64,000 bases of DNA from Ranitomeya imitator (taxonomy: Eukaryota): the NCBI RefSeq assembly GCF_032444005.1, contig NC_091288.1, forward strand, positions 40,920,001-40,984,000. Direction: 5' to 3'. Shown here piece by piece: positions 51,149 to 63,908 of the stretch (position 1 is the stretch's first letter; the number at the start of each line of letters is the position of its first letter). A model generated the notes under the pieces. It worked only from the letters and a program-made list of their open reading frames with translations, was not told where the DNA came from and ran no database searches. A program made the translations under genes and the position numbers.

Positions 51149-53749
51149 TAACAGAGAATTACATTATATAAAAGATGATGTTAAAAACTCATTGCATACA
51201 AATGCTACTTAAGAAAAATCGCTTTGTACTCGCATGACATACCGTACTTATTGATTTGGACGGCACAACCCTCTTTTGATCTTCCTTTTCCATCTTGCAG
51301 TTATCAGGCGGTGCAGGAGGGTGTAACAGTCAGCGCTTACCATTCAGTGACGTGTTGGAATCACTCCCCGGCCTTTGAGTGACAGACCGCTCTGCAGCAT
51401 GCGGTTGCACTCTCCCAACCAGGACTTTTTTGTGATCAGATGCATCTCTCCATACGTCCGTATGATAAAGTTGTTCTGCAGATCAGCGTCACCTCTACAC
51501 GGCACGGTGTCATCCTGCGAATCGACACCTTGCACATTTTATTATATACTGGACATAATACAGGTTCCGGCTGTTGCTAAAGTGGGCCCTTACTATTTTC
51601 AATGGTTTTCTGACCTCAAGGACCCCTCACTGATCATGAGTGAGCGGGGGGGGGGGATCCCTTGGCTTCCCCTTTTAAGCTTTCCTTACACAACGTGTAC
51701 GTAGATGTGCGGCCGTTCCCTGCACATCGGGTGGTCTGTGTGCTGCAGCCCTGCGGAAAACCGTTAAAAGGGAATTCAATTTTTGTACTTTGGGGTCCGT
51801 CGGTGGAGAAAGATCGGAATCGCCATTCATTTGTAGGAGAATTCGCACCACCTCTGACAGCAGTGAGCATCGGCGGCCCGTTTTCAAGAAAGAATCAGGT
51901 TCCTCTGGTGGGATCCAGATCTGTTCAACTTCTATGTTCTATCCTGTGGGTGGGAATACCCCTTTAAGGGATTGTGGCCCTAATCTTGCAACACAGCCCT
52001 TTCATTCTCAGGATCGGTGGAAGTCCTGAAGGTTAAACCCCTTCGCCTCCCCCATCTCATTGACCAAAAAGTGATGGTATATCATAATATGCCTTTACAT
52101 GATGGGACTCTTCATTGTATATCTAAAATAGCTTTTATTTATAAAAAAGTTGGCTTTAAATAGGAAAGAACCAATAATCCCCTTATTGATTGTCCCCTAA
52201 TTTGAGTGCGTCGGGGGCTTATCGGGTGAGAATTGGTCCTGTTGTTCTTTAGCCCCAATTTTCGTTGTCTGAGAACACTGCCCCTTATTCTCCAGCAGCT
52301 TATTCATCCGGTCACACACCTTTTGCATGCCGTCTGCTGGCCGCTCTGCGCTGCTGCTATATGGGGATGTTATTATAGGTCACCATAATGGGAGACGCCT
52401 AGAAGTCTGTGCCAACGTTCATGTGAGTCAGACTTTTCTGTGTCGTACATAAAACAGAAGCCTGCGTGCCTGCCCAGCCTCACCTCCTTACAGCGCTGGG
52501 CGGAGGCGACCACCCTAATAATAGGTCAGACCTACAAATAGTCTATGGGTCAGTATGGCGGGCACAGACTCCTCAGTGTGACGTGATGCTAGATAGACTT
52601 GGTCACCTTATGGGAATGGATGTGCCCATACAATAAACTCCTGAATTTCCTCCCATTTCCGAGTGTAGGACTAAGCCTGCGACACCAGACAGCGCTGGCC
52701 GGTGCGCCGCAGCTGCTTCCATCAGACGATCGATGTTACTCTCCTCGATTACCCCACTGTGTAACCCTCTCTGGCAATAGTGGTGTTTTCATGTCATCTG
52801 GCCTGGTTTATGATGAGTCTATTGGTTCCTCGTGCCCAGGAACAAACCTTTATCAGTATAGCTCAACCACATTCTCAGCCTTTTTTTTTTTTTTTTTTTT
52901 TTTTTATATTGCTGAAACAAATTAGAAAACTTCACAGCCAAGAAAGTCATGAGTTTAGATTTTTTTTTAATGTTTATTCATCTGCTATGTCTCCATGGCT
53001 GTGTCTTCTGACCCCCACAGTATTACTCGCTGCCGTCTGTACCCTGATTATTACCAGTTTACCTAATCTAAGGGCAGATTGGGGGCGAAGACTGTAGGAT
53101 CAGGCTAGTATGGAGGGCATATTGTAACTATTAAAAAAGGACTTGTTGCCAAGTAAATTGTCCAGTTTTTGCCTGAGGTTTTTTTTTTTTTTTAAATCCG
53201 ACATATGGTTCCAGAGATTTACTTTTACAATGGGGCGTGGCTCACAGGGTAGTTATGCAGAAATACATTCCCCAGAGGATCCTTTATTTTAGTAGAGTCC
53301 CCAGTGCAACAAAATTAGGGGGTGTTGTTCCCTATCTTGTGTATCAACCTACATCGCTAGTGACACATACGGTTTATTAAAACGTTTTTTTTTTTTTTTT
53401 TTCATTGTATAATAAAACAACCCTTGTGTGGTGGTCTTGCAGTGAGCGGCCCCTCCGCGGCCGCCTCTCTGGGCCGCTTGCTCATTACTGTTTACAGGCT
53501 CTTGTAGCCAGCACCATAAATAGCGCTCACACACGACTTCTAACCCGGGCCAAGGGAGAAACGTTTCTCATGTTTCATCATTGCCTATACATTACATCAA
53601 AAGTCCCATCACCTGTCACCTTCGAGCAGAAAGCGCAGGGAAAGGAGCGAGCCAAACTACGCAGCCGCTTGTGTTCTGTACTGCAACACAAAGCCGAAAG
53701 CAATGTTCTATTGTGGAAGTGACCTAATAAGTGGCGTTATATGCCTGTA

Positions 53750-53945
53750 CAGTGGGGAAAATAAGTATTTGATACACTGCCGATTTTACAAGTTTTCCCA
53801 CATACAGAGAATGGAGAGGTCTGTAATTTTTATCGTAGGTACATGTCAACTGTGAGAGAATCTAAAAATAAAAATCGTAAGATCACATTGTGTGATATTT
53901 ACATACTGTAATTAATTTGCATTTTATTGCATAAACTAAGTATCA
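53750..53945. mobile_element. Solo Tc1 terminal inverted repeat
   Basis: TA|CAGTGGGGAAAATAAGTATTTGATACAC..., similar to the TIR at 43358; no partner TIR or ORF. Confidence 0.7.
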
Positions 53946-54227
53946 TTACTTATTTTTTTATTGCAAACATGTTTTTGTTCTAATTACTTTCCCTTCTTAA
54001 TATGGAGTCACATTAGCGGTTATGCTTTTCAGACTTTCCGTTAGTGTTTTTTTGCACATGGGAGGCTACTGTGATTTTCATAGAATTGTTTGGACATTTA
54101 TATATTAGGCTGTAAAAATTCAGTAGTTTAGAGATCTTCCTAATGGTTAAATAGTATGATTTTTTTGGGAAACAAAAGTCCTATAAATGTCTGTTCTCTT
54201 CCTGATCTCAGGATCTGGGCTTTTAGT

Positions 54228-54871
54228 TGAGATGAATCTGTGCTGCACTTTATGCACATGCTCAGTTGTGACCAGGGCTGTGGAATCGTAGTGGAGATGA
54301 ATCTGTGCTGCACTTTATGCACATGCTCAGTTGTGACCAGGGCTGTGGAGTCGTAGTGGAGATGAATCTGTGCTGCACTTTATGTACATGCTCAGCAGTG
54401 ACCAGGGCTGTGGAATCGTAGTGGAGATGAATCTGTGCTGCACTTTATGCACATGCTCAGCAGTGACAAAGGCTGTGGAGTCGTAGTGGAGATCAATCTG
54501 TGCTGCACTTTATGCACATGCTCAGTTGTGACCAGGGCTGTGGAATCGTAGTGGAGATGAATCTGTGCTGCACTTTATGCACATGCTCAGTAGTGACCAG
54601 GGCTGTGGAGTCGTAGTGGAGATGAATCTGTGCTGCACTTTATGCACATGCTCAGTTGTGACCAGGGCTGTGGAATCGTAGTGGAGATGAATCTGTGCTG
54701 CACTTTATGCACATGCTCAGTTGTGACCAGGGCTGTGGAATCGTAGTGGAGATGAATCTGTGCTGCACTTTATGCACATGCTCAGTTGTGACCAGTGCTG
54801 TGGAGTCGTAGTGGAGATGAATCTGTGCTGCACTTTATGTACATGCTCAGCAGTGACAAGGGCTGTGGAGT
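54228..54871. repeat. 65-bp tandem repeat, about 10 copies
   Basis: Unit GTGGAGATGAATCTGTGCTGCACTTTATGCACATGCTCAGTTGTGACCAGGGCTGTGGAATCGTA. Confidence 0.95.
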
Positions 54872-55619
54872 TGGGGAAATTGAGGAGTCCGAGGTTTGGC
54901 TTACCGACTCCACAGCCCTGCTCCTAATCCTGAGATGATCTGTTGCAAGATTCACAATACAGTCTGAAATAATTCTTATGTCTGAGGCTGATGTACTTGC
55001 TACAATATTAAATGTCATAATTGCTGTATAATAATGTTGTCATATTAGTTTTACTCTCTTGCTAATGTAGCTAGAGCTATGTAAAAATGCTCCTATTAAA
55101 ATGAGGGTTACACCAAAATTTGGACCTGGTTCTTAAAGTAAGTACACTGGCCCCATCAAGTCTAAAATCTATTTAATAATGTCTGCAGCTTCTGTTGTGA
55201 AGTCTGGTGATAGATCTGGTTTAGGGAATTTTTTTGCACATTACTTAATCTGTGCACCTAGATGAAGTGACCATTCTCTTTACGTATTTCTGATAAGTTG
55301 GGAGGGAGGGTTAAAGAGATACCATCATCATTTTTATTTCATTAATTATTAGTCTGCATGAAAATAAGTAAAACTTTGTAATTGATCTTCTCAGTGAAAT
55401 CTGCTTCTTTCCTCCAGGACTGATCATTCATTCTCAAAGTTCTCAGATCATTGGTAAAATCTGTATTCAGTGAAGACACTGTTACATTGCTGAGCTAGGC
55501 GATTATGGTTTTTATTTGAACTACCTTCAGCTCTATCCATGGCGGCTGGATGGATGAAAGATCTGTGGGAAGATCAGCTTTGTTCAGTACTAGATCGGTC
55601 CATCAGGGTCTTCTCCGCA

Positions 55620-55870
55620 TTATCTTGAAAGTTCGGTATCAAGTCATCAGACTGTTGACCTTTCTCTTCACCTTGTTGCTTCTATTCGTCCGACCATGAT
55701 GTCTTTCTCCATTGATTTCTCTCTGTATAATGTGTCCAAAATAGAAAAGTCATAGTTAAGTGATCCTTGCATTGAGTGACATGTCAGGCATGATTTGTTC
55801 CAAGATTGATGTTTGTTGCTCTTGCCTTCCATGGTATTGATAACCTCCTTCTCCAGCACCACGTCTCGAA
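55620..55870 (-). mobile_element. RTE-type LINE 3' fragment
   Basis: Minus strand ..REKSMEKDIMVGRIEATR.., the typical RTE C-terminal motif (FGHI.R..SLEK.IM.G.IEG.R). Confidence 0.6.
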
Positions 55871-57284
55871 AGCGTGATGATAGTTGGTGCTCATAAAATT
55901 CTATGTAGGGGCAGGTGTGTAGGTAGTAGTGCTGCCTCTAGCGCCTCCCTCACCCTTCCATCTACGTAGAATCTAACAAGCACCAACGATCATCTTCCTG
56001 TCTTAGTAATGTAACAATCTGGAGAGCTTTTCCCCAGGAGTTAGTGCCTCTTTGCACCATCCCCATAAGACTGCGTTCACAGAACTGTGTGAATTTTACC
56101 ATCCATCAGAAACGGACAGTGTTTTTATTTTTTCCCCTCAGGTGTCACCCTAGTTACATCCAGATGCTTTTTTTCTCAAGCCAACAAAAACACCCCGGAA
56201 AGGTTTTTTGCATGTATTCATATTTTCCAAGTTGATCAATAAGCAATAGATCCGTGAGACACAGAAGCCTTCTGATTTGCATCCGTTATATGGCCAAGTC
56301 TGATCTGGGATCGGAGTAGGTCTTACTCAGTCTCGTGGATCTCTCGCTCAGATCCCAGATCTTCATGGATGTGTGTATCGATCCATACTACTCTATGGGT
56401 ACGGGTGCTGTCCGAGTAACCATTAGACACCACATTGACACTTTACATGGATGTGTGACTGCAGATGGAGGAGAACCAGAACCTTCTTAGAACGTCCCCA
56501 AAAATATAACATTATCCCTTTGTGCGATATAACAATTTCCTTTGTTGCTTCCAGTCCAGCACCTAAACAGTCAACGCGATTCATTCCAGCAGTCAGACAC
56601 AAGGGGCATCTAAGTGCCGGCATGCCAGCGGGCGCGTTCAGCTGCTCGTCTACTGCACCCGACCTAAACCAACTCCTTTCCATATTCCACTTCTGATAAA
56701 AGAAAGAGAAAACCCCGGTGTTGTCATAGTGATGGAGGAAAAAGCCATGCAAAAATTACCTTTCAATCTCCACTTAATAGCAGGTTTACTGCTCCGGCAC
56801 AAAGCCTCCGATTACAGCGAGTTCTCTATGGAGATGCTGCGGTATAAGTGGCTGAAACGCGTGGTAATTACAATTGTCCGGCTGCCAGCTCCTGAAATGC
56901 TACAAGAGGGACCAGATCTTCTGTACCACTAGATTCCAGGCAGTATCTTACTGCATGGTTAATGATTTATATGCTGAACACGCAGGGAAGTTATCCTGAT
57001 CAACACCTAATAACTCGGATCCACTGCAATCACACTATCCTTTCCCAGATGTACCGTTCATGGCAGCTTGTATTGTGGTTACAGCCCTGAAAAACAGTCG
57101 TGCGGCTCTTATGGATTTGGAGGATATTTGCCCACATCGTCTTCCATCAGGTGTAGACATTAGGAGGATTTTATGAGCTATACCTCCGATGGTGGTTCTA
57201 ACATCAATAATTTAAAGCCGTCAACTGCCTCTAGGCTTCTAGTGTGGGGGGGACAGCCAAAAGGACACTTCTTACTTTTATTGG

Positions 57285-57425
57285 GAGCGTAAGGGTTCTT
57301 TACAGTAAGAGCAGTCACTGTGGAATGCCGACCACAGAGGTAGTAATGGCCGACACTATAACTGCTTCTATACAAGTGCTGGGCGATTTCATCAGTACAC
57401 AGAACATTGTGGGTTATAAGACCGT
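57285..57425 (+). mobile_element. CR1 LINE 3' end fragment
   Basis: Broken reading GFFTVRAV-LWNA..EVVMADTITA...DFISTQNIVGY. Confidence 0.6.
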
Positions 57426-57444
57426 CTTCAACCACAAGGTGTTT

Positions 57445-57666
57445 GCTCTTTTATTTTACAGCGCTTTACATCACTGTCCCCATTGGGGCTCACAATATAG
57501 ATTCCCTATCAGTATGTCATTGTAGTGTGGGAGGAAATTGGATAACCCAGTGTAAACCCACGCAAACACGGGGAGAATATACAAACTCCTTGCAGATGTT
57601 GTCCTTGGTGGGATTTGGACCCTGGGCCCCAGCACTGCTATGCTAACCACTGAGCCGCCCTGCTGC
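57445..57666 (-). mobile_element. tRNA-derived SINE (V-SINE-like)
   Basis: Minus strand: A box GGCTCAGTGGTTAGCA, degenerate B box GGTCCAAATCCC, core GGAGTTTGTATATTCTCCCCGTGTTTGCGTGGGTTT, and a LINE-like tail ending GTAAAGCGCTG. Confidence 0.8.
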
Positions 57667-57701
57667 TAATGTTTTCAAAAAAAATTTCTCTTCTATTACA
57701 G

Positions 57702-57841
57702 GTTTTGCAAAAGACACAAGGTAAAGTCGAGCTCGTGTGTTCCCTCGGTGCCCCACGATTTGCTGATGATGTCGGAGCTGGTTATACCTCGCTTCATCTT
57801 CTACCTTATTCAGTACTTGAGAGATGGGTACAGCGAGCCTG
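57702..57841 (+). CDS. UBR3: UBR3 coding exon 2
   Basis: FCKRHKVKSSSCVPSVPHDLLMMSELVIPRFIFYLIQYLRDGYSEP; CAG acceptor, GTATGT donor; phase 2 matches exon 1. Intron 1 is about 22.6 kb. Confidence 0.95.
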
Positions 57842-58496
57842 GTATGTGCAATACAAGATAGTCTGCGGCTACGAGATCACGCATGGCAAAATCTAATGCA
57901 ATAGTACTAGGACGCCAGTGCTGCTACATAGTAATGGTCATGAGGCAAGAAAACATCTCCCTTTATTCTCATAAGAAGTGAATAAGAGAAGTCAGAACGG
58001 TTGTATTGACAAATTAGAAGGCCATTGCATGCAGTGTTGCTGCTTTTCTGCAGCACTATTCTTCTTGGAGTTTTAGCAAAAAAAAGTTATACACTGCCTA
58101 AATGTTTTCCACTTTTTTGGGATTGGTCCATTTATAGCTTATGAAAACGGTTTTACAAGCTAGATCTCAAATACGGAACCCCTTAAAACTCAGTGCGTGC
58201 ATGGCCTAAGAATCCACTGTGTCCCCCATAGTAGATTGCTTAATCTACAAACAGCAATTTTATCTTCTAGAAAATTAACTCTTTAGAATCAGCTATGTCC
58301 TACTTTGCAGATAAAACCCTTTGGAAGCAGCTGTGACCTCCTTTTGGAGATTTAACCTTTTAGATGTAGCTGCATAGTACACAGTAACATTTAATATCAT
58401 TGCATGGGTGTTTTTAGCATAGGACATGCACATATCTGCTAGATCTGCACGTGTGCTTTTCTAGTTGTTAGCTGTTTGGCAACTGTCCTATTTGCC

Positions 58497-60930
58497 ATGT
58501 ATTATAATTATTATTATTATTTATTGTTATAGCGCCATTTATTCCATGGCACTTTACATGTGAGGAGGGGTATACATAAAAACAAGTACAATAATCTTAA
58601 ACAATACAAGTCATAACTGGTACAGGAGGAGAGAGGACCCTGCCCGCGAAGGCTCACAATCTACAAGGGATGGGTGAGAATACAGTAGGTTAGGGTAGAG
58701 CTGGTCATGCAGCGGTTTGGTCGATCGGTGGTTACTGCAGGTTGTAGGCTTGCCGGAAGAGGTGGGTCTTCAGGCTCTTTTTGAAGGTTTCGATGGTAGG
58801 CGAGAGTCTGATGTGTTGTGGTAGAGGGTTCCAGAGTAGGGGTGATACGCGAGAGAAATCTTGTATACGATTGTGGGAGGAGGAGATAAGAGGGGAGTAG
58901 AGAAGGAGATCTTGTGAGGATCGGAGGTTGCGTGCAGGAAAGTACCGGGAGACGAGGTCACAGATGTATGGAGGAGACAGGTTGTGGATGGCTTTGTATG
59001 CCATGGTTAGGGTTTTGTACTGGAGTCTCTGGGTAATGGGGAGCCAGTGCAGGGATTGGCCGGGGAATAGTGGGGGGACAGGTAGATTAGTCGGGCAGCA
59101 GAGTTTAGAATAGATTGGAGGGGTGCGAGAGGGTTAGGCTAGGTTCAGATTGCGTTAATGGGACCGCGCTAACGAACAGCGTTGCACGGCGAAATTAACG
59201 CCGTGCAACGTGTCCGTTAGCGCGTCCATTGGCAGCAATGGGAACGCGCATCGCTAGCGCGTTCCATTTTCAGCACGCGCTAGCGATGTGCCGGTGTTTC
59301 GTGACGCGCCTCGGACGCTGCTTGCAGCGTCCGCGGCTCGCCCGAGGTCCGTTCTCCGCTCTCGCAGATCAGGGATCTGCGCTAGCGCGGGACGTTAAAC
59401 GCGACCCCGAAAAAGTAATTGCGTTAGCGCAATCTGCTAGCACTTAGCGCTAAACAGATTGCCCTAACGCAATCTGAACCTAGCCTTAGAGGGGAGGCCA
59501 CAGAGCAGGAGGTTGCAGTAGTCAAGGCGAGAGATGATGAGGGCATGGATTAGGGTTTTTGCAGATTCTTGGTTGAGGAATGTACGGATTCGTGAAATAT
59601 TTGTGAGTTGAAGTCGGCAGGAAGTGGAAAGGGCTTGGATATGGGATTTGAAGGAGAGATCAGTGTCAAGGATTACCCCGAGGCAGCGAGCTTGTGGGAC
59701 TGGGGAGAGTGGGCAGCCATTTACTGTAATGGATAGGTTTGTTGGGGGGGGGGGGGGGGGAGGGAGGTCGCGTGAGATGGGGGAAAGATGATGAATTCTG
59801 TTTTGTCCATGTTAAGTTTCAGAAATCTAGCGGAGAAGAAGGATGAAATATTGGACAGACATTGAGGGATTCTGGTTAGTAGGGAGGTGATATCTGGTCC
59901 AGAGATGTAGATCTGTGTGTCGTCAGCATAGAGATGATACTGAAAACTGTGAGATTCTATGAGCTGTCCCAGGCCAAAAGTGTAAATGGAGAAGAGCAGG
60001 GGCCGAAGGACTGAACATTGTGGGACTCCGACAGATAGGGGGCGAGGTGAGGAGGTGGTGTGTGAGTTGGAGACGCTGAATGTCCGGTCTGTTAGGTATG
60101 ATGAGATCCAGGATAGGGCCAAGTCTGTGATGCCAAGGGATGAGAGGGTTTGTAATAATAGGGAATGGTCCACTGTGTCAAAAGGCAGCCGACAGGTCGA
60201 GGAGGAGGAGGACAGAGTAGTGTCGCTTGCTCTTGGCGGTTAAGAGGTCATTGGTGACTTTAGTTAGGGCAGTTTCAGCGGAGTGGTGTGACCGGAAGCC
60301 ATATTGTAGGCGGTCAAAGAGGGAGCAAGAAGAGAGATGGGAGGACCGTTCGAGGTAGACGTGTTGTTCCAGTAGTTTGGAGGCATAAGGGAGAAGTGAT
60401 ATAGGGCGATAGCTAGATACAGAGGATGGGTCAAGAGAGGGCTTTTGGAGGATAGGTGTGATGGAGGCATGTTTAAAGCTTGAGGGGAAAACACCAGTTG
60501 TTAGTGATAGGTTGATGAGATGGGTTAGGGTTGGGATGAAGTGGGAAGGGATCGGGTCAAGTGCACAGGTGGTGAGATGCGATCTTGAGAGTAGAGTGGA
60601 GAGTCGATCTTCTGTAATGGTGGAGAAGTTGGTTTTGGAGGTGGAGGGCTGGGAAGTCGGGAGGAAGGGCTCTGGGGGTTGTTGACCAAAACTGTCTCTG
60701 ATGTTATCAATCTTCTGCTTGAAAAATGAGGCAAAGTCTTCAGCTGAGATGAGTGGGGAGGGAGGAGGTGCCGGGGGACGGAGGAGAGAGTTGAAGGTGT
60801 TGAATAACTGTTTAGGCTTGTGAGACAGGGAGGATATGAGAGATGAGAAGTAGGTTTGTTTAGCTGTGGCGAGTGTGGTCTTGAAAGTAGTGAGGGACTG
60901 TTTGAATGCGATGTATAAGGGTCTTGATTC
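58497..60930 (-). mobile_element. L2 (CR1-group) LINE, 5'-truncated, interrupted by a MITE
   Basis: RT motifs [15 protein letters not shown] (+1 frameshift at about 60180), [33 protein letters not shown]; (ATT)n tail at about 58500-58520. Confidence 0.93.
59137..59485. mobile_element. PIF/Harbinger-type MITE nested in L2
   Basis: TTA|GGCTAGGTTCAGATTGCG...CGCAATCTGAACCTAGCC|TTA; removing it restores the L2 sequence. Confidence 0.9.
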
Positions 60931-61999
60931 AGAAATGAGAGGCACTGCACCATCCTATGAAATTATAGGGAGATTTTTTTTGTAGAGCTCCTGATTGATT
61001 TTAACTCTTCATTTGCAGATTACACTATTGTTCAGCACTCAGGTTTATACTGAAGGGAGTATTGGTCCAGCTACATTGTGTACGCTCTTTCTGCTAACAT
61101 GTTGTATGTGGGAGTGCCTGCAGATTGCCGGTTCTGTGCTCCCATTCCCAGCGTTAGTCCCCTTGTGTTTGCAGTCTCTCAATGCTCTTTCATACATTTA
61201 GTTTCTCAAAATTAACAATTTCCACAAAGAATGCTTCTTTTACAATGGATCAGTAAGAAGACCAGATTTTTGTGGTTTTGCTTAGAGAGTTTGTGTGATC
61301 CGTTTCTTCATATTTGTCTTGTGTATCGCCATTATAGGTACACGTCTTACTGCCTGATTATATAGGCGAAGCATTGAAAGAGTGATGGCGGGCAAAAGTC
61401 AGATGTAAAGCTGCAAACAACTAGTGCATGTGCACACGTTCAGTTTTTGACACGTTTTCACCATTCATTATTATGGGTGAAATCTGCAGAAAAAATACTA
61501 AAAGAATTGACAAACTGTTGCAAATCTACAAGATAAACATAATTAACTTCAGTAATCTCATTCACGTTGCTGGTACTAGGTTTTTGTGACAAATCTGCGC
61601 AGAAAAAACACGACAAAACCGCAAGGTATGCCCGTTAACATGTCCCTGTGCATACGTTGCAGATTTGTTTATGCCCAGATTTGTCACAAAGCCTGAAGGA
61701 TTTCTTAGTACCGGGAAAGTGTATGAGAATCTGAAGTCTCATGCACATGTTGCAATATTTTCCTTGCAGAATTAAATCTGCAGAATGTCAATTTTTTCAT
61801 CCGTTTTGCTGCAGATTTCACCCAGACTAACCAGTGGGCAAAAATCTGCTACAAAAACGGTTGTAATAAAAGCACAGCAAAAGTATTTTACGTAGCTTTT
61901 TTTTTATTCCTGCCAAGAAATGCAGAAATTTCTGCTGCAGATACTTAACTTGTGCACATAATACCCTTATTCGGTTTTGCTTATGTGCTGGAACTGTTA

Positions 62000-62398
62000 G
62001 GCTTCTTTCACACTTCCGCTTTTTGCAGTCCTTCGGTTTGGGCAAAAAACGAATCCTGCAAATGTGCTCGCAGGATGCGTTTTTTGCCCATAGACTTGTA
62101 TTAGCGACGGATGGCCACACGTCGCGTCCGTCGTGCGACGGATCCGTCGTGTTTTGGCGGACCGTCGTAAAAAAACAAAACGTTCAATGTAACGTTTTTG
62201 TGCGTCGCGTCCGCCATTTTCAACCGCGCATGCGTGGCAGAAACTCCGCCCCCTCCTCCCCGGACTGCAGAATGGGCGGCGGATGCGTCGAAAAACTGCA
62301 TCCGCTGCCCACATCGTGCAAAGAATTCACAACGTCCGTCGGTACGTTGGCCCGACGTATTGCGACGGGCCCGTACCGACGGAAATGTGAAAGAGGCC
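62000..62398. mobile_element. PIF/Harbinger-type MITE
   Basis: TTA|GGCTTCTTTCACACTTCCG...CGGAAATGTGAAAGAGGCC; right TSD is imperfect. Confidence 0.7.
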
Positions 62399-62784
62399 CA
62401 AGACATCACGTTTTTGACGCAGCAAAAAGTACCATTTGTACTAAAAAAAAAAAAAGAAAAAAAAAGTGAATAGACACAAAAATATTCAGTAAAAATGTAT
62501 AATTTTATTGAATACATGAAAGTAAAATTCATATAATAGAAAGAACATTTGGGGATAAAAAAAAGTCCTATAGAGGAAAACGCATAGAGTGGGTATTATC
62601 AATGGATGGCATTGCACAATATGGCTATGTGGCCAAAGTAAAAATAGTGCTAAAGTCCATATAACCATATGTAGCATTATATAGTAATAACCAGTGGATA
62701 CAGATATAAATAATCATATACAGACATCATAGAAAAGTAAAATAATGCAAAAGAAGTTCATTCACCAATTACAAGTACCCAGGA

Positions 62785-62824
62785 ACTCCCACGTACGTTT
62801 CGCCAGGTGGCTTTCTCAGGGAGT
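62785..62824 (-). ncRNA. Degenerate minimal type-I hammerhead ribozyme motif
   Basis: ACTCC CTGAGAAA GCC-ACCT-GGC GAAA C-GTAC-GT G GGAGT: stems I and II are perfect, but G8 is A and the cleavage-site base is G. Confidence 0.5.
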
Positions 62825-63908
62825 ATGAATAATAAGTACGTAGCATCAATAGGTCCTCGTGGGAAAAGAGCCTTAATGTTCTGCATTAGTGAATGTTTGA
62901 GGAATAGAAGAGGCTGTGAAGTGTGTATTCTGCTCTGTAGAAGTTACATAAGCAGCTGTGCGGGTTATGGAAGGATATCTTGTCTCGAAAACTGCTCAGT
63001 CTCCGGCATTGCATTGCACCCACTGAAGGCAATAGATGTATAATATATGGATGAGATGAAGAAGACCCCCACTATGACTTCCCGGTTTTGCTGCTGCTTT
63101 CCCGTTGTAATGTCTGGAGTAAGGGTTTCTAATGGCCGGCTTATGCGGTTGTCATTTTTGCAGCCAAGCGTTAAGGTTTCGCTTCCTCACTTTCTAATGG
63201 TGTATAAGCCGCGCTGCTCGGCTGTCACATTTTACGAACATTTCTTTGCTTTTCTCAAACCACTGAAATCGATTTTCTCCGTATGATACCTGACACACAT
63301 TCTCTGTTGCTAAGCAACATTTATCATAAATGTTGGCGACTAATTGCCGAGTCCTGAGATTACTCCTACATTTACCGTAAGGTGAATTTCTTTGTTCGGG
63401 GGTGTAGAGTCCATCCACCTGTAGCTGGAGCGGGCTATGTATGTGGGATTTTTTGTTATGGGAATGGTGATTTTTCACTCCTTGTGTATTCACCTCAGTC
63501 ACCAAGATTACTGTGCTGACCTCCAGATCTATCGGCTGCTTGTTGGTTAACACTGTTGACTTGCAACATCGGGGTCTCGCCCAAATTTTCTTTCCACATG
63601 CCAAATGGATTGTGAACCTCAAAGAGAATGGGGATTGTTAGAAGTGATGACCATGATCTCTGTACAGCGCTGTGGAATATGTTGGTTGTTTGTAAATGAA
63701 TAATGGGTGATGATGTTTGATAGGCCAGTGTAAGGAGACTTACAGGCCATGCAGTGCCCCTCTGGGAAAATAAATATACAAATTGCCTCTTCATAGAGGA
63801 AGAGGACTTGAACTCTAGTGCCACTTGCTGAAAGTAGCAATCCTAAAAGTCAATATTAATTCTTTAACGATCCTTGCCGTATGACTTAGGATAACAGCCA
63901 AACCAATA

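Noticed and set aside
51344-52029. Cluster of 60-110 aa ORFs in UBR3 intron 1
   Set aside because: No recognisable domain or consistent exon structure; a tBLASTx search would be needed to exclude a retrocopy.
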